DNA of 64,000 bases from a virus. Its lineage: Duplodnaviria > Caudoviricetes. A program made the position numbers and the translations under genes. This document shows, in pieces, positions 54,999 through 63,399 of this stretch. The stretch lies in the IMG/VR virus record IMGVR_UViG_3300033121_001553, positions 122,820 through 186,819 of that record, one strand, 5' to 3'. Positions within the stretch are counted from its first letter, which is position 1, and each line of letters starts with the position of its first letter. The notes under the pieces are model-generated. The model searched no databases. It was given only the letters and a program-made list of their open reading frames with translations, and was not told where the DNA came from.

Positions 54999-55381
54999 GT
55001 TTTTATCAACGGAAATTTTCTCGATACAAGATAAGCATCAGTATCGGTTACGAGAGCATTATAGCTACCTTCATCTGACTGAATTACTGCTAGTCCCTTG
55101 TCTGTTTCAACGATGTCTACTTTCGTCATGACGCATTGCTGTATCGGCGCCAAAGACGTCTGCTCGTCTTTGAAAGTTGACTGCTTCGCTTCATCAAATG
55201 TTTTATACGAGCCAATATAGTCAGAACCCATTCCATGACCCCTCCAGCTGGTCCAGAATTTATTATTCTCAACTATCCAGTAGGAGATACTACCGTTATT
55301 TCTAATATAACCTGTGCATCCACACGAGCATTTTGTAAACGTACGCTTCTTCTGCCAAAGCTTATACGCCGATCTTTTCAC
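54995..55381 (-). CDS. hypothetical protein
   Basis: 128-aa coupled ORF. Confidence 0.62.
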   Translation of the reverse strand: MKRSAYKLWQKKRTFTKCSCGCTGYIRNNGSISYWIVENNKFWTSWRGHGMGSDYIGSYKTFDEAKQSTFKDEQTSLAPIQQCVMTKVDIVETDKGLAVIQSDEGSYNALVTDTDAYLVSRKFPLIKT

Positions 55382-55725
55382 GATTCCTCTGCAACGATGT
55401 ACCTAAAAAATGCTTTTGCTCTTGGATCAATGTTCTGTCTTGATAGCATCTCATCAGCTGCGTTAACAAATTCTTCTATCAGAAATTCGTCAGGTTTTAC
55501 GACCCAGTCGTTCATAATTGTGCACCAGCACGAGTACTGCGTTCCTGCTGATCGATGAACATGCAATACTGATGCAAACAATGCTCTTTCGTTGTTTTGC
55601 AACGAAACATTTTTTGCTTCATTTACACCAGTTTCCCATGCTTGAATATCGAATACGTAGACAACGTTGCCGTAGCACGCAACAATTTTGTTTCCAAAGA
55701 TAGCTTCACTCATCTTTGAAATCAT
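55378..55725 (-). CDS. hypothetical protein
   Basis: 115-aa coupled ORF. Confidence 0.62.
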   Translation of the reverse strand: MISKMSEAIFGNKIVACYGNVVYVFDIQAWETGVNEAKNVSLQNNERALFASVLHVHRSAGTQYSCWCTIMNDWVVKPDEFLIEEFVNAADEMLSRQNIDPRAKAFFRYIVAEES

Positions 55726-55942
55726 ACGCTTCTATCTCTTCTTGTATCAACAAAATCAGCTCATCGACTGAAACTGACTCGTGTTTGCTACGTTCTATTG
55801 CAGCTATTTGAGCTTTCGCTCCACCTTCGCTTGAATTGCACGATGAGTGATGTTTACCGTGCTTATCTACGTACGACACAACATGCGTGCCATGCGTACC
55901 ATCTGACTTTTTACACTTACGTTTACGTACTTTGTACGGCAT
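55706..55942 (-). CDS. small basic protein with C-terminal LIQEEI motif
   Basis: MPYKVRKRKCKK..AKAQIAAIE. Confidence 0.68.
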   Translation of the reverse strand: MPYKVRKRKCKKSDGTHGTHVVSYVDKHGKHHSSCNSSEGGAKAQIAAIERSKHESVSVDELILLIQEEIEAYDFKDE

Positions 55943-55953
55943 ATCGACATAAA

Positions 55954-56184
55954 TAAGTCGATACCGTGTTTGAGAAAAACGTGATAGTCGGTGATGTATT
56001 CTTCTTTCAAATGTTCCTCAATACTGGTTTCATCACGTTCGATAGACAAAACAAGCACAGTTCTACGTGGCGTATGCTTTTCATAAAGATTTGCAATGCA
56101 TACATTGATCCTAACGCCTATTCCTCCGCTGAACGCGATAGCAACAGCATCACCAACTTCTTTACAGATCGTACGTATGGCCAT
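55954..56184 (-). CDS. hypothetical protein
   Basis: TTA 55954-55956 removes a 76-nt overlap (standard end 55867). Confidence 0.58.
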
Positions 56185-56223
56185 GATTTATCATACCACG
56201 GCCACGAGGCGGATTGCACAGTC

Positions 56224-56844
56224 TAAAATAAGACCTTTACGTTTCATGTAGTCTTTTGCTTGTGAGTCAGACTTACCCATAGCCCTCAACGCTTTGTAAG
56301 TCGCTGCTGCTTGTGACTCCTCAGAGCTTTCTGGGTTGTAGCTGGTTCTACCCTGCTGCTGACGGTCGAAAATCGACTGCGCTGACTCGATGGCTTCCAA
56401 AGTCGGTTCAGAAGCGAGACGTGAAGAACCGTGCATGGTCATCTGAACGTTTGTCTTAAGCTTCTGCACGTCTGCAACAAGTTTTTTGATCTGAGCAATT
56501 GTTTGATCATCACTTTTATCACGTGCACGCTCTGCTTGAGATCTTGCAAACTGTAGCAGCTGTGTATACGTTTGATCAATGCTCTGAAGGATGCCTTGTT
56601 TCTGCTCTTCGTCTTTCTTCATGTAGTAAGCATTCGTCAGCTGCTTAACTCTTTGGAGCGTCTGTTGTTTTGCTGACTCAAATGCTTTTACTTCGTTAGA
56701 TTTTACGAATCGTTGTTTTACAGCAGAACCCATGCTAGACAGTGTGTCAAAAAAACCTTCGTCGAGCAGTTCTTCTTCAAATGCGGTTGTTTCAATCAAA
56801 AAGCGCAATTCACCGCGTGTAAGCTTAATCGTTTCGTTTTTCAC
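56224..56844 (-). CDS. hypothetical protein (IKLTRGELRFLIE, possible internal head protein)
   Basis: GTG start; TTA 56224-56226 (standard end 56191). Confidence 0.7.
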
Positions 56845-56885
56845 GAAATGTAATTATACACGCCATTAAACAACAATGGACGCGT

Positions 56886-57068
56886 TTAGCGTCCAAGCAT
56901 CAATGAAAAATTTACTGTTGGTGTGTCTGTCATGGATGAAATTGCAACAACAGCGTAGCTATCAGCAATAATTTCTTCATCTCGTATTTCAAGATTCGAG
57001 ATGCCCATGACACGTTGTTTTAGTCGTTCAAACTCTGACTTATTTTGACAAGTAACTCTATATTTCAC
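56886..57068 (-). CDS. hypothetical protein
   Basis: GTG start just downstream of tRNA-Ser. Confidence 0.45.
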   Translation of the reverse strand: MKYRVTCQNKSEFERLKQRVMGISNLEIRDEEIIADSYAVVAISSMTDTPTVNFSLMLGR

Positions 57069-57070
57069 TT

Positions 57071-57160
57071 TGGAGGAAGCGGTGGGATTCGAACCCACGG
57101 ACGGCTTTCACCGCCTACTGTTTTCAAGACAGTTCAAATAATCCACTCTTGCACGCTTCC
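57071..57160 (-). tRNA. tRNA-Ser(TGA)
   Basis: ACTGT-CT TGA AA-ACAGT, long variable arm, encoded CCA. Confidence 0.92.
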
Positions 57161-57164
57161 AGAG

Positions 57165-57237
57165 TCGTGAGTAAGGGGATCGAACCCTTCTATGCTTGTT
57201 TGTAAGACAAGTGACGTCACCAGACGACAAACTCACG
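57165..57237 (-). tRNA. tRNA-Val(TAC)
   Basis: CTTGT-CT TAC AA-ACAAG; acceptor CGTGAGT/ACTCACG. Confidence 0.88.
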
Positions 57238-57240
57238 TTA

Positions 57241-57314
57241 CGCTTGTAGGGGGATTCGAACCCTCCCGGCAGTTGATTGACAATCAACCGGCCCCACCAG
57301 GAGCCTGTACAAGC
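57241..57314 (-). tRNA. tRNA-Asp(GTC)
   Basis: GTTGA-TT GTC AA-TCAAC; G73. Confidence 0.9.
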
Positions 57315-57327
57315 ATCTTGCATGATA

Positions 57328-57356
57328 ACTATACATTATCATGCGTCAGTGTACAA
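57328..57356 (-). promoter_or_regulatory. sigma70-like promoter for the tRNA trio
   Basis: TTGTAC-17 nt-TATAGT, 13 nt upstream of tRNA-Asp; the -10 lies inside a 9-bp inverted repeat. Confidence 0.55.
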
Positions 57357-57357
57357 A

Positions 57358-58170
57358 TTAAAATCTAAAAACGCACTGTTTCTTGCATTTCATAATTTTG
57401 TCTATTCTTTTCTTGCTAGCAGCAAGCGTAAGTTGCTTTCCATTTTTTGAATAGAATCTGAATGGACTATTCCTGCGCACAAAAATCGCTTCTAGAAATT
57501 CCCTGTACGCATCATTTGAAATTACAAAATCGTGTTTATCAAATGAAATAGTCGTTGTATCACTATCGTTATGAACTGTAGCAGATATTGTTTTGAATTC
57601 TTCATTTAGTAGTTTGTCATTTGTTATAAACAAACAATTATGAAAAACATTTACAAAAATCTTACATGCATTTTCATCGTAAAAAGTAATCAGCTTTGAT
57701 GCATAACATACTCCATATTCGCGCCTATCGTCATATTCCTGAACGTACGTAGGTTCGATCGCATCAGCGTCTTTAACAGCGTCCACATTCTTGTAACTGA
57801 AGAAAATAACGCCATACGTAGTTATCTTTGTAAATGTATCAGCAGCCGAATTGTCTACGCTTACATTCTTACTACGCAAGAATAGCTTACGAATAAACGT
57901 TTCGTAGTTCTCCGCTGAGAGATACGTTATTTTACACACGTCGTCTTCAAATTTGAAGATTATTTTGTATATGCCATCGTCTTCGTAACAAATAACAATT
58001 GCATTGAATTCAGCAGGTTTAGTATTCTTATTCTCATCTATGAAACGAACATACGAACTGTTGTTTTTGAACAAAATTACAATATGCTTATGAACAAATT
58101 TAGTTGCTGATGATTTGCTGTTGAGCAGTACTGTTAGCATAGCTCTCTCGTGGAACGTTTGGATAAACAT
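57358..58170 (-). CDS. hypothetical protein
   Basis: 270-aa AT-rich ORF; none of its 14 Leu codons is TTA. Confidence 0.7.
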   Translation of the reverse strand: MFIQTFHERAMLTVLLNSKSSATKFVHKHIVILFKNNSSYVRFIDENKNTKPAEFNAIVICYEDDGIYKIIFKFEDDVCKITYLSAENYETFIRKLFLRSKNVSVDNSAADTFTKITTYGVIFFSYKNVDAVKDADAIEPTYVQEYDDRREYGVCYASKLITFYDENACKIFVNVFHNCLFITNDKLLNEEFKTISATVHNDSDTTTISFDKHDFVISNDAYREFLEAIFVRRNSPFRFYSKNGKQLTLAASKKRIDKIMKCKKQCVFRF

Positions 58171-58192
58171 TTTCTTTTCCGCTCTTGGTTGC

Positions 58193-58786
58193 TAACGCAT
58201 TAGTCGCTGTTTCAGCGAAACCGAAACAAACTTTGATATCTTCGTCAAGATGATTTATAACTTTTTTCGCAGTAAGCTTTGTACCATCTACTGTGTCAAC
58301 TACGAAAAGTGGATTTTTGGGTCCAAAGAGTCGAATAATCAGATTTTTCAGTCCTGTTCTTGTTACGATAATAGTTTTTGATGTAACATTTTCGATGAAA
58401 CAAACTTTGTATTTTTCTATATCATAATTTTCGATCGTAATATGCGTAAAAAAGAAGGCATATAGATCATCGCTTGATGAAATTGCATATTCATAGCTGT
58501 GTCTTTTGTACTGTTGTGCTAGTATCGTATATCTTTTTTTATCGAAGCTAAAAAAATCAATTCCTACGTCATGATCGATATCGTTGACATCAACAGCGTA
58601 GTGCACGCTATGCTCTGCTTTATCGCTGATGTCAGCTTTGACACTATTATGTTCTTGTTCTTGTTTGTCGTGAAAAACAACAGCAGCCTTTAGCTGCTCA
58701 ACAACTTTTTTGTTACCGCGTCTACCAAGAGCGTAAATCGTATCAATAAAAAGCTCATACGGAATTGAAACTGACTGTTCATTCAT
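58193..58786 (-). CDS. hypothetical protein
   Basis: TTA 58193-58195 removes a 71-nt overlap (standard end 58100). Confidence 0.7.
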
Positions 58787-59594
58787 CTTCTTTTTCCTCG
58801 CTTACGCTGTCTGGTGCTGTTAGAGCTATTTCGATTTGCTTCATTATCGTTTCGATGTATTTTTCTTCTTTTTCGAATACGATAAATTTTCTTTTAAGCT
58901 TAATTGCAGCTGCTGCTGTTGTTCCAGAACCAGCGAATGGATCAATGACCCAGTCGCCTGGCTGCGTATGAACTTCTATTGGTATCTCTACAACACGTTG
59001 CTTTTTTTGCGTCGGGTGAACTTTACCACGAAAAATTTCGTTTACATCTGTCCAAACATTAGTGCGTCTGTACTTTTCGCTTTTTGCCGGATACTTTGAG
59101 TTGTAACCTGCGTAACCACGTACAGCTTCAAGGTACGGTATATTAAAACACAATGGTTTTTTTGCATCACCGTTGATGAACATCGCGAGTTCTTCACGCG
59201 TGAACAGATAGTTGTTATCGACTCCGTAGCCTCTCTTCTTCGACCAGGTGATGAGGTTGGCAAGCTGAAGTTTCGTTCGATGTTCAACTTTCGTTATGTA
59301 CTTGAAGAATGGTCTGAACTGTGGCTTCCCGATGCCGCCCCAGACGTAGAATGCGCCGCCCGGCTTAAGTGCACGAAGCCACTTTTCTGTCCACTCCACC
59401 ATCCACTCAGAGAAATCTTCGTCGTTACTGTGGGTGTTATCCCAGTCTTCGTTTACCGTTTTACCGTACGGCGGATCTGTAACGATTAGCGGAACAGCAC
59501 CATCTGTGATCTGAAGCGCTGCGTCAACAGCGGCACTTCGTGTTGAATCGCCATGAATTACGTAACCGTGATCATCGATATCGATGATATTCAT
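58779..59594 (-). CDS. DNA methyltransferase, N4-C/N6-A beta class
   Basis: TDPPY, HPTQK, DPFAGSGTT; start ATG 59594. Confidence 0.93.
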   Translation of the reverse strand: MNIIDIDDHGYVIHGDSTRSAAVDAALQITDGAVPLIVTDPPYGKTVNEDWDNTHSNDEDFSEWMVEWTEKWLRALKPGGAFYVWGGIGKPQFRPFFKYITKVEHRTKLQLANLITWSKKRGYGVDNNYLFTREELAMFINGDAKKPLCFNIPYLEAVRGYAGYNSKYPAKSEKYRRTNVWTDVNEIFRGKVHPTQKKQRVVEIPIEVHTQPGDWVIDPFAGSGTTAAAAIKLKRKFIVFEKEEKYIETIMKQIEIALTAPDSVSEEKEDE

Positions 59595-60436
59595 TTTGTG
59601 CTCCCGTAAATGTGAACACATTCTCGCATTGTGTTATCGTGGATCTCAAGAACCTTTGGAATCGAGCCATCACGTTCTGTCTGATATCCGCCAGCAAGAT
59701 CCCACGCGATTGGAACGCCTGCTTTCTTCGCTGCCTTAAAAACGATTTCGTCCCTTCTACGCAGCTGCATTGTTGTAAGAAAGCCACCGTACGGATCATC
59801 AACGTGTGGATCAGCACCAGCTTGGTAAAGAATAACATCGCTGTCTGACATCCACTCAAGTCTTGATTCTAGTTCATTGAAAAACTCTTGCGCTTGACTT
59901 GGTTCCGTGTATTTTTTACCAGCCGTGAAATGCTTTACAAACGTAACATTTCGCTTACGGATGATATCATCAGTACCATTTCCGTAGTGCATATCAAGAT
60001 CGAGAATCGCTACGTTCTTGACACCATCAGCTGCGAGTGCAAGCGCGGCAACCATGAGACCATTGAATGTGCAAAAGCCTTCAGATGAAGCAAATCCCGC
60101 GTGATGAAATCCAGAAACTGGTGCAGCAGCGACGCTCTTTGTTTTAATAGCATGACGTGCAGCAGAAAGCATCGCACCTGATGTATACTTCAACGAAGCA
60201 GCGACTTGCGGTGACTTGTTACCAAACCCATTTTCAATGTTGCACGACAGAACACCATCGACAAAGTCACGTTCATGTGCTCTGTACAGTTCATCGTTTG
60301 TAACAGGAACAGGTTCGATGATCTCTATTGGGAACTGCTTGTTCCATGAGTCAACAACTTTTGCTGGTTTTGCTGCGCTAGGCGATATACTTCGTGAGTC
60401 AGCTACCATAAGCGGTGTGTAAAAAACAGGAATCAT
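59591..60436 (-). CDS. histone deacetylase-family (Zn-dependent amidohydrolase)
   Basis: GFHHA..GFCTFN..DLDMHYGNGT..QAGADPH..AGGY. Confidence 0.93.
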   Translation of the reverse strand: MIPVFYTPLMVADSRSISPSAAKPAKVVDSWNKQFPIEIIEPVPVTNDELYRAHERDFVDGVLSCNIENGFGNKSPQVAASLKYTSGAMLSAARHAIKTKSVAAAPVSGFHHAGFASSEGFCTFNGLMVAALALAADGVKNVAILDLDMHYGNGTDDIIRKRNVTFVKHFTAGKKYTEPSQAQEFFNELESRLEWMSDSDVILYQAGADPHVDDPYGGFLTTMQLRRRDEIVFKAAKKAGVPIAWDLAGGYQTERDGSIPKVLEIHDNTMRECVHIYGSTK

Positions 60437-61053
60437 TCTTTTTTTCCTTCAACTGTTACACGTAGCTGTTTTGTGAGCACAATTGGTTCGCCTGTAATAA
60501 GCGTACAACTGCTCCAGTCACGATGTTCATCCAAGAATTCATCTACAGCTGTTTTCACACCGTGCTTCGTTGTTTCTACTCGCGCAGTCACGTCAGCAAC
60601 AGCAGCATGCGTATCACGTTCAGCGTACCACAAATCGCGTTCAGCCCAACGTCCGCTGTAGTCGTCAACGACAACGAATGAATACTCATGCGTAAGTTTA
60701 TCTATAAGCTCAAGCTCGCGCTTCACTGTGTAGTAGTTGTGATCACCGTCCAACAGAACAATATCGTACTTTTCGCCAGCTTCAACGCTTGCTGGTAGCA
60801 CATTCAAACTGTTATTATTGATGATGCGTACATTCTGATCTTTTTCGTAGTTGATGTTACCAAGTACGACGCTGATATGATCTTGTATCTTTACGTCTAT
60901 TCCGGTAAAACCAAACTTTTTACCGCTACGTACGAGATCAAAAACAAGCGGAAATAGCGTTGCACCTGTGTCAATACCAACTTCAAGTATATTTGGTGCA
61001 TCGATATGCGTTATAAGTTGTTTAACAATCGGTATGTAACCGTGATAGCTCAA
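60433..61053 (-). CDS. class I SAM methyltransferase (Methyltransf_24-like)
   Basis: LEVGIDTG, LLDGDHNYYTV, VDDY, GVKTAVDEF. Confidence 0.87.
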   Translation of the reverse strand: MSYHGYIPIVKQLITHIDAPNILEVGIDTGATLFPLVFDLVRSGKKFGFTGIDVKIQDHISVVLGNINYEKDQNVRIINNNSLNVLPASVEAGEKYDIVLLDGDHNYYTVKRELELIDKLTHEYSFVVVDDYSGRWAERDLWYAERDTHAAVADVTARVETTKHGVKTAVDEFLDEHRDWSSCTLITGEPIVLTKQLRVTVEGKKE

Positions 61054-61603
61054 GCAATTCCTCTACTTCTTTCCACGTCTTTGCTCGCTTGATATTACCA
61101 AAGTCGTTATGCTCTTCATTGTATTTGTGATCACCGTACAGTACAGCAAGTCCAGCTGGAAATCTTTTGCTCCAGTTGACTACGTTCGTGTAGTTGTCAT
61201 CGATAAACACGTCTCCAACAATGTGCTGTTTTTCGCGAGCAAAAATAACTTTTTCGCTGGGTATGTTGAAATATTGTTCAAGCCAAACAGTACGTTCGTA
61301 CATCCAATGCCGCGCGTGCATGGGAGACGTAACGATAATAAGTTCACCATGCGAACGTAGCATATCAATACCGCACTTCGCATCATTGTATGGTTTTATT
61401 CCCAAACACCATCCACCGCATTCGACAGCACTGTCAAGAATGTGCTTCATGTGTTTAAGTCCAAGCGAACCGAAGATATCGTGTTCTTTGATTTCTTCTT
61501 TTGTTCTTGGAACACCAGTTGCAGCTTCAATTAGCTCAAGACACGCACCAGCAAAGTCAGCGATAACACCATCGCAATCACACAGTATTGTTCGCATTAT
61601 CAT
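61037..61603 (-). CDS. 5'(3')-deoxyribonucleotidase (HAD, NT5C-like)
   Basis: DCDGVIADF, IVTSP, WL, FIDDN; TTA 61037-61039 (standard end 61022). Confidence 0.88.
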
Positions 61604-62216
61604 TCTCTACGATCATTTGCGCAAGTTCTTCCCTGATGTCTTGACCGTTAATTTCATTGCCAAGACACGTCCAACCGCTGCGTGAACGTCTCGCAAACAG
61701 TTCAAGACACGTTTGCTCATCACAGTCGAACATGAGTTCAAGACTGTCTTGAAGATGTTCTGGTTTCTTTGAATGTCGCTCATTCAGACCGAATGATACG
61801 CTGCGTTGCGACTTATTTTTGAGAAGTTTTGTAACTGAGCCTCTCGTTCCGATCAACGCAATTTCATGAGCTTGTCTGAAGAGACGTCCCATACCGAAAG
61901 ACAAACAGTCATCTACGAGCACGGCGTCTTTTTTTGTCTTTACCCAAACATACATTTGCTTGTACTTGTACCCCCACGCCTGCATTACTTTAAGACCGTC
62001 TGACAGCAACGTCGACGGTACCCATAGCGCTAGGATACTGTTTGAAGCAGCGATCTCCGACACTGGCAACGCAGCAATTTGATCTGCTGTCAAAGTTTGA
62101 TAGTTTGCAGCAGCACCACGTTTTACCTTTTTAAGGGACGGAGAACCATCTAGTTTATCGTTGAACGACCATGGTGGATCTGCAACAATAACTCGAAATT
62201 CATATTTTTTGTTCAT
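61578..62216 (-). CDS. MT-A70-family adenine methyltransferase
   Basis: ADPPW, LWV, WVK, HSKKP, LELFARR..GW..GNE. Confidence 0.93.
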   Translation of the reverse strand: MNKKYEFRVIVADPPWSFNDKLDGSPSLKKVKRGAAANYQTLTADQIAALPVSEIAASNSILALWVPSTLLSDGLKVMQAWGYKYKQMYVWVKTKKDAVLVDDCLSFGMGRLFRQAHEIALIGTRGSVTKLLKNKSQRSVSFGLNERHSKKPEHLQDSLELMFDCDEQTCLELFARRSRSGWTCLGNEINGQDIREELAQMIVENDNANNTV

Positions 62217-62264
62217 AACACCCTGTTATTGAAAAACAACACAGAATTTTACATCGTACGTTAG

Positions 62265-62336
62265 AGCGACCGGTGGGACTCGAACCCACGACGAATTGGG
62301 TGGAAACCAATCATTCTACCACTGAATTACGGTCGC
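62265..62336 (-). tRNA. tRNA-Gly(TCC)
   Basis: ATTGG-TT TCC AC-CCAAT; U73. Confidence 0.92.
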
Positions 62337-62392
62337 GGCAGGAAAACTTTTAGTAACGGCACTGTTGCTCCGTTGCACAAAATGTTTTCCAG

Positions 62393-62478
62393 CGGAAGCC
62401 AGAGGAGTCGAACCCCAGACCTTTCGGTTCAATCTGACTAGCAATCAGACTGCCATTCCATCAATGACTTTAGCTTCC
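62393..62478 (-). tRNA. tRNA-Ser(GCT)
   Basis: TCTGA-TT GCT AG-TCAGA; long variable arm; G73. Confidence 0.88.
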
Positions 62479-62487
62479 AAAATTTTA

Positions 62488-62559
62488 GGTGTTGGATGGG
62501 ATTCGAACCCATGTAAGCTGGCTTCACAAACCAACGCTCTACCGCTGAGCTACCAACAC
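62488..62559 (-). tRNA. tRNA-His(GTG)
   Basis: TTGGT-TT GTG AA-GCCAG; C73. Confidence 0.9.
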
Positions 62560-62729
62560 AAACTTCCCGTATTACGATGTCCACCAGAACCTGACATTGA
62601 ACCACTGTTACAGCGACGAAGTTCGTGCTCTGTCTTATCAACAGAATTTTCGCCATCGTTACTTGAGCATGCTACAGCAGCCGCAGCAGCTGCAAGAGTT
62701 ATCAAAAAATGTCTTTTTGTGTAATACAT
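62550..62729 (-). CDS. putative small lipoprotein inside the tRNA array
   Basis: MYYTKRHFLITLAAAAAAVACSSND.. signal peptide with lipobox; 59 aa; TAG stop lies in tRNA-His. Confidence 0.5.
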   Translation of the reverse strand: MYYTKRHFLITLAAAAAAVACSSNDGENSVDKTEHELRRCNSGSMSGSGGHRNTGSLCW

Positions 62730-62733
62730 TTTG

Positions 62734-62805
62734 CACTCGTAGCGGGACTCGAACCCGCATATTCACCTTGAAAGGGTGTCATCCTAACCTTTAGACGATA
62801 CGAGC
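62734..62805 (-). tRNA. tRNA-Glu(TTC)
   Basis: CACC-CT TTC AA-GGTG; Glu-type D-arm. Confidence 0.9.
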
Positions 62806-62808
62806 AAA

Positions 62809-62880
62809 CGATCGTACTGAGACTCGAACTCAGATTTGCACATTGAGAATGTGCCGTCCTAACCTTTAGACGATACGACC
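62809..62880 (-). tRNA. tRNA-Glu(CTC)
   Basis: GCACA-TT CTC AA-TGTGC. Confidence 0.9.
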
Positions 62881-62900
62881 TTATTTATCTTAATAACTAG

Positions 62901-62973
62901 TGTGTCCGGTGGGACTCGAACCCACATCTAACTGATTAAGAGTCAGCTGCTCTTCCGATTAAGCTACGAACAC
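62901..62973 (-). tRNA. tRNA-Lys(CTT)
   Basis: GCTGA-CT CTT AA-TCAGT. Confidence 0.92.
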
Positions 62974-62974
62974 G

Positions 62975-63046
62975 TAGGGACGACGAGATTCGAACTCGTA
63001 TCTGACCGGGTCAAAGCCGATTGCATTACCGTTGTGCTACGTCCCA
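62975..63046 (-). tRNA. tRNA-Gln(TTG)
   Basis: ATCGG-CT TTG AC-CCGGT; unpaired 1:72. Confidence 0.88.
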
Positions 63047-63054
63047 ATAAAATT

Positions 63055-63127
63055 TACCTGGAATAGGACTCGAACCTATGACCTCGTGGTTATGAACCAC
63101 GCGAGCTAACCGCTGCTCCATCCAGTT
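63055..63127 (-). tRNA. tRNA-Met(CAT), initiator-like D-arm
   Basis: TGGAGCAGCGGTTAGCTCG; CGTGG-TT CAT AA-CCACG. Confidence 0.85.
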
Positions 63128-63128
63128 G

Positions 63129-63200
63129 TACCGACTATGGGAGTCGAACCCATAACATTGAGCTTATGAAACTCACGTTCTACCGCTGAACTAAGTCGGC
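63129..63200 (-). tRNA. tRNA-CAT (elongator Met or Ile2)
   Basis: TGAGT-TT CAT AA-GCTCA. Confidence 0.87.
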
Positions 63201-63203
63201 AAG

Positions 63204-63389
63204 GAGGCGAAGAATACAGGAGCTAGATAAGATTGGTGCGTCATTGAAGTTAACAAGTAATCTTGTGTCTTTGAGATAATATGACACGGAGCACTTAGGT
63301 AACAAATGATTTTGCACAAACCGGTAAACAAATTTCTTTGTTCGATTCAATATGAATCTTCGCCTCGACGCAAGTATTTATCTTGCGTC
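63204..63389 (-). ncRNA. candidate structured RNA
   Basis: 10-bp closing stem GAGGCGAAGA/TCTTCGCCTC around about 143 nt, abutting an 8-bp hairpin GACGCAAG/CTTGCGTC. Confidence 0.4.
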
Positions 63390-63399
63390 CTTTACAGAG

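Noticed and set aside
57358-58786. Adjacent hypothetical proteins as tandem paralogues
   Set aside because: Only a weak by-eye C-terminal resemblance; needs profile alignment.
4309-59621. Longest-ORF starts at 5253, 6740, 9096, 11984, 19054, 22386, 28212, 31065, 53647, 59621
   Set aside because: They overlap upstream genes; downstream starts fit SD or coupling better, and the 22386 extension contains an in-frame TTA.
56886-62794. ORFs 57108-57323, 62365-62724, 62438-62656, 62597-62794 and the 5' part of 56886-57098
   Set aside because: They overlap clear tRNA genes.
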